From NCBI GenBank assembly GCA_964106645.2, contig OZ067051.1: 64,000 bases of DNA. One strand, given 5' to 3'. This DNA comes from Podarcis pityusensis (taxonomy: Eukaryota). Below, piece after piece: positions 24,501-34,849 of the stretch (position 1 is the stretch's first letter; every line of letters starts with the position of its first letter). The translations under genes and the position numbers were made by a program. The notes under the pieces were generated by a model. It had not been told where the DNA came from. It made no database searches and saw only the letters and a program-made list of their open reading frames with translations.

Positions 24501-27500
24501 TATCATCCTGAGTGGCTAGAATATGAGAATGGAGGGTCTTATACAAGAGCTCTGGCTCCATCTGAGGGGCCACTTACCAGCTTTCCCCCAGAGCACCTTT
24601 ATTCACCTGCTTAAGGGACTAGTCAGTTTGGAGAGGCCGGATCCTGACGGGGGACTCAGTCTCTCTTCCCACCAAAGAGAAAGGAGAGCTGCCTAGGGAT
24701 GATTATGCATCACTCTTAACTCCTGTTGGCTGCCTTCCACTGAAAATTATTCTACATTGCAGGCTGCACTGAAGGAAGACAAGGGGGTTAATCAGACCAC
24801 ATTCTTGTGGGGCAGGGGGCTGCCTAGGCAAGCTCAGTTTTTGCTAGAGTACCCATCCTATGAGCAAAGGGCCTCCTCATGAAAGGTAACATTAGTTTAG
24901 GCAGATGCCCATTTTCAGTGATAATAGCAAATTCTGGACCCAGCCCAGGTGGCGGCAGCAGCATCAGAGCTTTTCACAAGGAAACATTGTAGACACGCAG
25001 AGAAACTAGGAGGCTGCAATCCACATGCCTCTTCCAACTGGTTCATTAAGGTGGCACATCTTTTGTGCAGTATTTAATATGTACTTTGGGTCTGAAGGGA
25101 AGCTTAGTCTTCCGAACTGCATTTATAGCCTGCATTGATGTTGATCCTTGTTAGTTATTGCATCCTTGCCTGATGTTCAATAGGCAACATGGAAGGCCTT
25201 TCCTTTCCCGTTTCGAGAAAAAGGCTTGCACAGGCATTATCTTAAGGAACATAATCCTGATCATGTGGAAAGTTTGCAAAAACCTAAAGTGTGGTGCAAG
25301 TAATTGTGTGTGGTTTAGGAAACATACTGTGGCAGAGTGAATCTCTGTGAGTAGAATCTTGGCAGCCAGTTCCAATTTCTGATGTCCTAAGCAAGAGAAA
25401 TCTGACACTTTTATCTTATCTTTATCCTACACAGTAGGTACAGTGTCTGCACCTTAAAAGAGGGCAAATAACATTCCTTGAAGAATTAATGAAGTTAGGG
25501 AGGTAATCTTAGTAGATGTCTACTTATTTAGGTAGACTATCGGGGGGGGGGGAGCCCCAACTGCAGGGGTGGGGGGGACAAAGCATGAAGGCCACACACA
25601 AATGAAGCCCCTGTGCAAGAAGGAAGATACTTCCATTTTGCTGTGTGACACTGAAATTAGGGAAGGCTCTTTCCCATGCAGGCTGTTCTGTATAGCCTTC
25701 CCTATTGGAGTGAGTGGGGGGAGCAGCTCATAGGAGGATTCCCAACCCACATTAGAAAAAGATCTTGTCTGTCACATTAAGTACAACACTCTGTTCTCTT
25801 TTTTCCCCATCCTTGTCTCAAACTAGCAAATCATTCCTCACCATCTGATTCTTGTTTTGCAGTTCCAGCTCCTTTTCCCCTCACTGATGACTGTGGTGGA
25901 GCAAATAAAGACCCAGAAGGTACAGTTGAGAATCCTGATCTCCCTTGGTGGTGGCCCTCTTTTTATAGGCACCTGCCTGGCTTGATTTAAAAAGAGAGGG
26001 CAAATCTTGTGTGTAACTGAGATGGTGCTGATTTCTCTCACCTCAGTGGAGGTGAAAAATGGGAAGTAGGAGTTCTGGTACCATGATCTGCAGAAAAGTA
26101 GAGCAGGGAGCTGGAAATGCTGCCTGCATGTGGATGAGGAGCTTAAGATGGGCTCCTCTTCCTCCATCCAGGCCAGCTGGTCTCTGGACCTTTCAGAATC
26201 CAGCTGCCAGCCAGTGTTGTAGGAACATGTGGTAACATCAGCTCTTGCAAGGGATCTGCTTTTCATTTGCAGATTCATGGCTGTCAAATCCTGGAGGTGG
26301 TTCACAGACACAGCCGAGGTGGCCTGCCACCCGTGCGCCGTGCTTTGGAAAAGTAAGAAACTCTCCTGGGTGGGGCCAGCCCAAGCGCTAAGGAGGAATG
26401 CCAGGTTATGGGTCCCAGGAACCTGCCCCCTGAACAAGTTAATGTTCCTGAAGTCCCACTGTCGCCTTGGATGGTGCTTGTTTCCCTGTCCCTAGCCACC
26501 AATAGCAGCAGCTCCATTGTGGCTGCAGCCTGGTCAAGCCCCCTTCCCTCTGCTGCTGTGCCTCCCTCCAGGGTCTTGGCCATGTGCCATGCTGCCATGT
26601 ACAAGCAGCTCTCTGCCTGGATGCTGCATGGGCTGCTCCTGGACCAACATGAGGAGTTCTTCATCAAGCAAGGCCCTTCCTCGGGGTCTGTTCCTGCCCA
26701 GCCCGAAGAGGAGGAGGAGGACCTGGGGATTGGAGGGCTGACGGGGAAACAGCTGCGAGAGCTGCAGGACATGGTGAGGTTTGGGTAATAGATACAAAGG
26801 AAGCTGAATCCGCCTCCCAATCCCTCTAGCTCTGCATTGTCCACACTGCCTAGCAGCCCCTTCCTAGGGCTTCACAGGCTTCTGCCAGTCCCACATGGAG
26901 ATATTGTTGTGGGGTTGGACGTGCAAGGCTGCTTGCATGCAAAGCAGATGCTCAGCCACCGAGCCAGGTGCTCTCTTGCCTCGTGAAACCTGCTTAGCCC
27001 CCTCCAGTCATCTTTTTGTAGTTGGATCTAGAACTTTCTGTTTTGATAGCTCAAGTATTCTTTTCTGACTCTTTAGCCATTGTTTCATGGATCAAGAATC
27101 CTGCTCTGCTCCCCACTGACACAGATTGGTGGTTCCAACTAAGTCTTAACACACACCTACCCTTTGATGGACAGTCCTCAGGATTGGGGGTGGGGCTTTC
27201 TATTTGGAGCCCCCACGTTTGTGCGTGGGGTTCTTTGACTTTCCCCCATTTTCACCTCTCCTTCCAACAGCGGCTGATTGAAGAGGAGAACATGTTGGCA
27301 CCCTCCCCAAAGCAGTTCTCTCTGCGGATTGAAATGCTGCCATCCTACATCCCTGTGCGAGTTGCTGAGAAGATCCTTTTTGTGGGAGAGTCTGTCCAGA
27401 TGTTTGAGAGTCAAAATGTGAGCCTTACCAAAAAAGGTAGGAAACACTTTGACTCATTTCATTCTGCATGGGGGCAGCAAGGATTGAAAGCTGTAGGGTG

Positions 27501-28210
27501 GTTGTTTCTTGGCTGTCCATTCATAAGGGCACCCTGGGACATAGCAGGGAAGTGCTGGGATGCCTCACCAGAGGTCTGCGCAAGATGGAATGGACCCTCC
27601 CTGTAAAGCACCCAAGCCACCCCTCCCCCTTGCTCTGCCACTCTTTCCTTGGGGTAGAGTATGGTGGCTCCATAAAGGTAAAGGTAAAGGACCCCTGACA
27701 GTTAAGTCCAGTCGCAAATGGCTCTGGGGCTACGGCGCTCATTTTGCTTTACTGGCCGAGGCAGACGGCGTTTGTCCATAGACAGGTTTTCCAGGTCATG
27801 TGGCCAACATGAAAAAGCCGCTTCTGGCGAAGCCAGAGCAGCGCACGGAAACACCATTTAGCTTCCTGCCGGAGCGGTACCTATTTATCTACAGTACTTG
27901 CACTTTGATGTGCTTTTGAACCACTAGGTTGGCAGGAGCTGGGACCGAGCAATGGGAGCTTGCCCCGTTGCGGGGATTCAAACCGCTGACCTTCCAATTG
28001 GCAAGCCCTAGGCTCAGTAGTTTAGACCACAATGCCACCCATGTCCCTACTATGGTGGCTCCATAGCTTTTGGTAAAAAGAAAAGAAAAAGTGAGGCCCT
28101 GTTGTTGTTTTGCCTCACCAATACAGCCCCCAAGGAGGTGCCTTTAGTGTTTACAGTGAATTAAAATTTCTTCTTCCTGCTGGGTCTAGCTCTCAGGCTG
28201 CTTTCTGATG

Positions 28211-28250
<40 letters not shown>

Positions 28251-31200
28251 GACCTGCTTCCTCCTAGCTCTGGTATTTGTACTTAATACAGAACGACTGG
28301 GAAGCACTGAAAATATTTTGGAGCTACAGTGCCCTCCTCTCAGGAAGGCCACTTTGGAACAGCAAGAGGTTTTCTGACTTAATACCAGCCAGCTGTTTCC
28401 AGGAGAAAACAAAGGCAGACCGTCCTCAGCCCACCTCCATTGTCTGCTTTGTTACCGGTTTCCCAAATTGTAGTTGCATCTGCTGCCATCAGATGCACTG
28501 CAGAGTCCTCAGTGGGCTGGAGTGAAGCTGTTTTCCATTTCCATCTGTTTAAAATATTTGAAGCATCTTGGTCGTCTACTATATAAGCTTGGGTTGTTGG
28601 CATCTGTCAGCCACAAAGCAAAAAGGAGAACAGGCTCTGGTGCTCACAGATGCAAAACTTCATTGAAGCTCAGTGTGTTTCAGGAGCATGAAAGGCTTCA
28701 AATTCTTACAATTCAAACACTCTCCAGTCTTAAATTCTGACCTATTCAAGAACTCGCTTGAAAAACTGGGAGAGCAATTCCCCCTTTTCCTCTCCTCCAC
28801 TTTTCCAAGCTGGATCTTGATGCAGCCTTGAACAGCCTTTGTCCTCTGCAAAGCTCTGCTGTTGGAGGCCGTGACTGGCATCTTGCGTCTAGATTAGGCC
28901 ACTCTTCCTTGCCTTCTGTTGCCTCACAGGCTCCATCCTGAAGAACCAGGAGGACACCTTTGCGGCTGAGCTGCATCGCCTCAAACAGCAGCCTCTCTTC
29001 AACCTGGTGGACTTTGAGACAGTGGTGGACTGGATACGGAGCACTGTGGCGGAGGTCAGCCGTAGCTCTAGAGTTGCATGTGCTAAGTTCTTTGTGCGGT
29101 AGCAGCAGGGAGCCGTTTGCGAACCCCTCGGCCAGAGCTTGCTGGAAAACCTTTTTCAGGCTGAGGGCCACATTCCTTCTTGGGATTACATGCTGGGAAG
29201 GTGGCAGGGATGGAGTCAAAAGCGCCAGGCCAGGCCAGAGCAACCCCATCACCACCAGCAGCATCCTTTCAGTGAATTCTCTCCCCTCTCAAGAAAGCCT
29301 ATGTTAAAAGCTCCCATTAGCAACAATAAAAGCTTTAATAAAGCCTAATCTCTGTGGGGGAGATTTGATTTTAATGGCAGATCAATGCATAGAGCGAGGT
29401 GATATTAGTCCTCTCCCCTGCTTTTCAAAAGTCTAATTGGTGCGGGGGGAGGGGTGACAGGTGGGGATCCAGAATTAACATTTGTCTCTTGCTAATGCAC
29501 CCTGCACAATAATTAAACTTTTTAAAAGCCTCAACTGTTACAGTATCCCATAGATCAGCTGTTTGTCAGTCCTGCCATATAGAGCATGGAGAGCCTGCCC
29601 AGCAATGGGCAAGTAGTCTCTGTCACTCAAAGCAAACAGATCAAGTCCTGGCTGCAGTGGGGTGGAAGGTCCCAGCAGCAGCTCGGAGCTGCTGCTGCTG
29701 GGGATCCCTGGTTCTTGATGCTGATGGACTGTTTTCTCTCCCTTAGCACTTATGGAAGCTCATGGTGGAAGAATCGGATTTAATAGGACAACTGAAGGTA
29801 CATGCAAACCTCCATACGGCGCTTCCAAAGCTGTTCCTTTCTCTTTGTGCAGGAGGAGACTCACTCCTGCCAGTGAAGTGTTGCTTGCAGGGGTCCATGG
29901 GTTCTGTATCCTGATGCATTTAGTCATTCTCTCCTCCTTTCTAGATTATTAAAGATTTTTATCTCTTGGGGAGAGGAGAACTGTTTCAGGCCTTCATTGA
30001 CACCGCACAGCAGATGCTGAAGACACCTCCCACTGCAGTGACAGAACATGGTGAGTTTCATGGGCTCTGGCTTCTCCGTTAGGTTGAGATGGTAAGATTG
30101 GTGGATCAGACCAACGACTCTCTACTCAGATACTTCCCTGCTTCCCAAGCCTTTCTACCAAGACTCTTGGCCCCTGCATAGGCACAGTTTTGGCTCTGTA
30201 AGCTGTTGTGGCACAAACTCTGAAAAGGCCATGGGGGGTGGGAGAGTGGAAACAGGTGACTGTGCCTTCCTTGCTCACTGTGCACTCATCTGGAGTAAGT
30301 CGTTCTGGTCTGGCTCTCTTTCTCAGATGTGAATGTGGCCTTCCAGCAGTCTGCCCACAAAGTGCTGCTTGACGATGACAACCTCCTTCCTCTTCTTCAC
30401 CTGACCATCCACTATTATGGAAAGGAGCACCGAGGTGGGTGCTGGTGCCAGGGAGCCAAGCAGTCCTGAACAGGGCAGGTTTAGGCCCTACCACAACTAC
30501 AAGCACAAAGTCAATTTGGTTCCGTAGAGGCAGAATGGCAGCCCTAGGTCTGGGAAGCTGGGAGTTCAAAGCCCAAGGCCAGTCTTGTCAATCCCCTGGG
30601 TGGTCTGGAGCAAGTCTCTCACCTGCATTAGCTGCCCATTGATAAAATGAGGAGGGTGGCAGGGAAGGAGGGTGGGGTCCAGCAAGGGTTGCTGCCGTTT
30701 TGTTGCCCACCTGCCTCCTGGCTTCCTTTTCAGATGCCGCTCAAGCTCGAGATACGCCGTCTCGGGAACTGTCTCCCCATGAATCCCCTGCATCAGGCTG
30801 GGCTGCTCTGGGGCTCTCCTACAGGGTGCAGTGGCCCCTGCATATCCTCTTTACTCCTGCCGTCCTGGAAAAGTGAGGGCTGCTTTATCCCTGTTTCTGT
30901 TTCCAGGTGGATTCTGTGGCATTTTGGTGTCAAAGGTTGATGGTAGCAGAGCACATTTTTCCTGGGTGGGAGGAGGAGATGCTGGCCTGGTCTGAGCTCC
31001 TGGTCTACTTGCCCAGAGACCTGACCCAGCTATCTTTTGCTTGCCTTCCTCTTGGCTTGCAGGTACAATGTGGTCTTCAAGTACCTGCTAAGTGTGCGTC
31101 GAGTCCAGGCTGAGCTGCAGCACTGCTGGGCTCTACAGATGTGGTGCAAGCGCCTGGAATCCAACAGGACAGATGCCATCAAGTGGCAACTGCGCCATCA

Positions 31201-33409
31201 CATGACTTTCCTTGTAGACAATCTCCAGTACTACCTGCAGGTGAGCAGCAACACAGGTCTCAGGGGCTGAGGCTTTGGTGCTGCTCCTCCAAGGGATATG
31301 CATCAGTCAGTTCTCCCAGCAATACCCTAAATCTCCCACCAAAAATTGATGGTTGGAAATGACTGAAAACAGCAGGCAGTATATTCTCCCTCACTTTTCC
31401 TTATCCTCAGGTGGATGTTCTGGAGTCTCAGTTCTCCCAACTTCTGCAGCAGATCAACTCCACCCGTGACTTTGAGAGCATTCGACTGGCACACGATCAC
31501 TTCTTGAGCAATCTCCTAGCACAGTCCTTCATTCTGCTGAAACCAGTGAGTGATCCCCATAGTCTGTTTGCCTTGTGTCCCCAGGAGAAGAACTGGTCCT
31601 GTACGAACAGTCCAAATGCCCATCCAGTGCAGCACTCCTAGCTCACTTCAATGCAAACATGGCAAGAAGGAACTAAAGCAAAAGCCAGACCCTTGTGAAC
31701 ATGGCTGTGTTGCTTGGCCATGAGCACAACCAAAGCCCTTACCTGCTAAAGTGAATAATGAAGTACAGGTCTGTATAGAAAAGCAGGATAGAAAATAAAT
31801 GAACTGCAACTGTGTCAGTTTGCCTTCATCATGTGTTTTTTGGGGGGAGTGTCTTCCTGGTGACTTGGTAGCATTTGGCAATCTGGAGAAGCCTGTCAAA
31901 GTCCTTCCCCAGAGCACCAGGCAAGTAGGTATGTTCATTGGTCTTGGAAACTCATGTTTAGAGCAGCTTATGATGCTTGAACAGAAATTTCAGGCTTTGG
32001 TAGCTGCTGTGCAGTGTATGAAGATTTTTGTTTTGTTTTGTTTGATTGCATCAGCTCCATTAGACCTTAAGAATTGCTCTACTAAGCAAGAAGTGAAATG
32101 GTTTGAGTAAACCAGTCCAAATAATCCTGCTGAATCTGGTCATTATCTCAGGCTGCGGAAGGGCAAGACGAGAAGCATCTGCTCTGGTGAGGCCCTCCTG
32201 GGCCTTCATCTCCTTTCTGCTCTTTGGTTTTGCAGGCTTTCCACTGTCTGAATGAAATACTGGATCTATGCCATAGCTTCTGCTCACTTGTCAGCCAGAA
32301 CCGGGGACCATTGGATGAGCGGGGGACGGCCCAGCTGAGCATCCTGGCCAAGGTGGGCCTTGCACTTTTCTACCTGAAAAACATCGCCCAAAGCTTTTGG
32401 GGCATCTCTCCTGTGGATGCTGTTGGAAACTCAGAGCAGGCAGCTCTCTGATGAATTCAGCATGGGGTGGGGGAGGGGATAGGAACACAAGAAGTCTAGC
32501 CATTGCTCTTCCATGAAACTCATCAGAAACAGCCTTGGTCAGGCCCTTGTGGCATACTGGCAGCAACAGCTGGGGCCTTTCCTCCTCCAGGACAGCAATT
32601 CCCAAAGGGTGAGCGATGAGGTGGGGCAGTTGCCTGGGATGCTTTCTCCCCATATGGGTTCGAGTGGCCTTCAAGTCATCTCTGTTCAGCCCTTTCTGCT
32701 AAGGCAGAACCCTCAATTTATGGCTCATGGGTGCCGTTTACCTTTGCAGGGCTTCAGCTGTCAGTCTTCACTCCTTTTCAAGATCCTCTCCAGTGTTCAC
32801 AATCACCAGATCAATTCAGACTTGGCTCAGTTGCTGTTACGTCTTGACTACAACAAATACTATACCCAGGCTGGAGGCACCTTGGGCAGGTAGGCCTTGG
32901 CGAGTGCCAGGAAATCACACAAGCCCCTTTAGTTATATTTGTGCTGGTGGTGGGAGGTGGGGGGCTCTGCCTGAATGTGGACTCTTCTACAGCTATCCTT
33001 AGCCTGGGTTTCCTTGCCTTCCAGGGCTTAAGGTTTCCCAAGGACTGGGAATCTTTAATTACACAGGCCTGTTACTAACTAGAAACACACAAGGTCTTAA
33101 GCCTATTTGAGAGCTGCTGGTGAGAGGGATGTGATTAGGCATCATCTAGACTTTCTGCTGTTTCTGTTTTGGGACCCAGAAGGTGGGATATAAATGTATT
33201 TATAACCAGCTGTGTGCTATGTTAAAAAATGCAATTCAAACTTTGCACACTGTGGTCTGTAAATAATATGAAATTGGTTGTGTGTGCATCTCTAACAAGT
33301 AGTTTTGGCTACTGTGCCCAATTTACACAACCCTTCTCCCTTCTGCAGCCACAGAGCCCTTCCTCTAATTAACTGCCCCTTCTTTCTCTACAGTGTGGGA
33401 TTAGAATAG
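21420..33409 (+). CDS. TUBGCP4: TUBGCP4, gamma-tubulin complex component 4; complete, 18 coding exons, 2112 nt, ~703 aa
   Basis: MIHELLLAL... through ...[21 protein letters not shown]; all exons GT-AG with consistent phases. Confidence 0.97.
21600..21845 (+). CDS. TUBGCP4: TUBGCP4 exon 2 (extended)
   Basis: [31 protein letters not shown] followed by a Q/P/G/A-rich tail; donor GTGAGC. Confidence 0.88.
22459..22563 (+). CDS. TUBGCP4: TUBGCP4 exon 3
   Basis: [35 protein letters not shown]. Confidence 0.95.
23947..24000 (+). CDS. TUBGCP4: TUBGCP4 exon 4
   Basis: [18 protein letters not shown]. Confidence 0.95.
25863..25919 (+). CDS. TUBGCP4: TUBGCP4 exon 5
   Basis: [19 protein letters not shown]. 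Confidence 0.95.
26273..26352 (+). CDS. TUBGCP4: TUBGCP4 exon 6
   Basis: [27 protein letters not shown]. Confidence 0.95.
26572..26773 (+). CDS. TUBGCP4: TUBGCP4 exon 7
   Basis: [35 protein letters not shown]...[10 protein letters not shown]. Confidence 0.95.
27271..27436 (+). CDS. TUBGCP4: TUBGCP4 exon 8
   Basis: [46 protein letters not shown]... Confidence 0.95.
27675..28047 (-). mobile_element. Full-length Sauria SINE with TSD
   Basis: 15-bp TSD TATGGTGGCTCCATA at 27660-27674 and 28051-28065. Confidence 0.92.
28214..28248. repeat. (GT)n microsatellite
   Basis: Directly visible. Confidence 0.95.
28930..29054 (+). CDS. TUBGCP4: TUBGCP4 exon 9
   Basis: [41 protein letters not shown]. Confidence 0.95.
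29747..29797 (+). CDS. TUBGCP4: TUBGCP4 exon 10
   Basis: [17 protein letters not shown]. Confidence 0.95.
29945..30050 (+). CDS. TUBGCP4: TUBGCP4 exon 11
   Basis: [35 protein letters not shown]. Confidence 0.95.
30327..30434 (+). CDS. TUBGCP4: TUBGCP4 exon 12
   Basis: [35 protein letters not shown]. Confidence 0.95.
30734..30872 (+). CDS. TUBGCP4: TUBGCP4 exon 13
   Basis: ...[28 protein letters not shown]. Confidence 0.95.
31063..31240 (+). CDS. TUBGCP4: TUBGCP4 exon 14
   Basis: [26 protein letters not shown]...[11 protein letters not shown]. Confidence 0.95.
31411..31545 (+). CDS. TUBGCP4: TUBGCP4 exon 15
   Basis: [45 protein letters not shown]. Confidence 0.95.
32236..32352 (+). CDS. 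TUBGCP4: TUBGCP4 exon 16
   Basis: [39 protein letters not shown]. Confidence 0.95.
32750..32889 (+). CDS. TUBGCP4: TUBGCP4 exon 17
   Basis: [46 protein letters not shown]. Confidence 0.95.
33394..33409 (+). CDS. TUBGCP4: TUBGCP4 exon 18 (terminal coding part)
   Basis: Polypyrimidine tract + CAG, then (S)VGLE-TAG; corresponds to human SFGM*. Confidence 0.8.
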
Positions 33410-33995
33410 ACCACCAGTCTCACAATGAAGGCCGTTGCCACCTTTTCTGGGAAGCAAACCTGCTCTGGTCAGAATACATGTTCTGGCTTCTGGAGGAAGG
33501 TGCTGAGGGATATTGGGACCTCACCCTGGCACTCAGAAAGGACTCAGTCAGTGTGTGCTTCATTAAATGTGTCTCTAGTGCTGCTCTCCTTATGCTGCAT
33601 GTTTTTCCGGAAGTGAAAGTGCTGCTTAGCATTGACTTTGAATTGTTTTCAAATGCTGCTGTCACTTGTCAGCAAATTTGGCTCTTTCTACTGCTAGCAC
33701 TGCAAGTAAGGCTGCGAGCAAAGGAGGTTCTCTCATTGCCCTCGTCATCCAGGAGCCACATTGTGCAAATCAGGGTGAGCATTGACCTGCTCTTAATGGA
33801 AAAGTGTGATTAACTGCAGGAAAGTTGCTTTTTTGAAAATGCAATTTCGTGTCTCTAAATACGGAAGCAGGAAGAAGATACCGTATATTTCCATTCTGGG
33901 CTGAGTCTGCCAATGAAAGTGTTCCTTCTACTTTTTTGTGTGGGGGGTTTGGTGCAGCTTCTTTTCCTCTCACATACGGTGAGGGAGAGGAGGAG

Positions 33996-34001
33996 AATAA
34001 A
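33996..34001 (+). terminator. Candidate TUBGCP4 polyadenylation signal
   Basis: AATAAA ~590 nt after the stop, followed by U-rich sequence; ATTAAA near 33562 is an alternative. Confidence 0.4.
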
Positions 34002-34548
34002 CAAGTGGTGCAAGACTGCTGGTGCCTTTCAGGTAACCTGCCCTCCTCCACCCCATTTGTTTCATTTTCTTCTGCCATCAGTCTTATTTTTGCTTTTTTT
34101 CTCCAGCCCACACGTTTCTTTCTACTCTTCCAAGTTCAGCAGCACAGGCATACCATGGAAGAACTCTAGCTAGTGCCCAATCCACTGTGTATATATATTT
34201 TTCTTACCTGAGGGGCAGGAGTCTCCACAAGGAGATTGCCCCTCCCACTCATGAGCTGTCCTACACCAACAATGTGTAAACACCTCCACGTTTGTTGGCA
34301 GATCCTAGTCTGCATCTACACAGAGTGTAGGCTGGTATAACTGAGTAAGGAACTCTGGGGAACCCTTGAATGAGACCGTTCTTGGACCAAGGGATAAAAA
34401 GGACAGGGCATCTACAGCAATTGATGTCAGCATATTAAATGAGCAACTTTCCCTTCTTCCCTCCACTGGCAGCTGCAAGCAATCATGCTAGGCCACTTTA
34501 GAGAGGGTAAGAGGAGAAATCCTAGATACTGCAACAAGAAAATTGACG

Positions 34549-34554
34549 TTTATT
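34549..34554 (-). terminator. Candidate TP53BP1 polyadenylation signal
   Basis: AATAAA on the minus strand ~110 nt after the stop codon. Confidence 0.6.
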
Positions 34555-34664
34555 ATCATAAAAGTCCAGAAGTTAAAACTATATACAGCACTTCATGCAC
34601 AGTTCAAGTGACACAGACATTTAAAACCTGGGTGACAATGACAGCCTCCACAAAGCAAAAAGGT

Positions 34665-34849
34665 TCAACTGGGGACAGAATCAAGCTGATACTTTGGGTG
34701 TTTGAATCCAACTTTCTTCCCAGCAATGAGGCACTGGATCACCCACTCTTGGGTCACCACTGGCAGCTGTAGCGCTTCAGCACATTTCAAGAAAGCTGTT
34801 GGGCACGAAGCATCAGTCACCACGACATCAAACACAGCCAGACTCACAT
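34665..34849 (-). CDS. TP53BP1: TP53BP1 coding exon 25 (terminal)
   Basis: [37 protein letters not shown]...SVPS-TGA. Confidence 0.96.
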
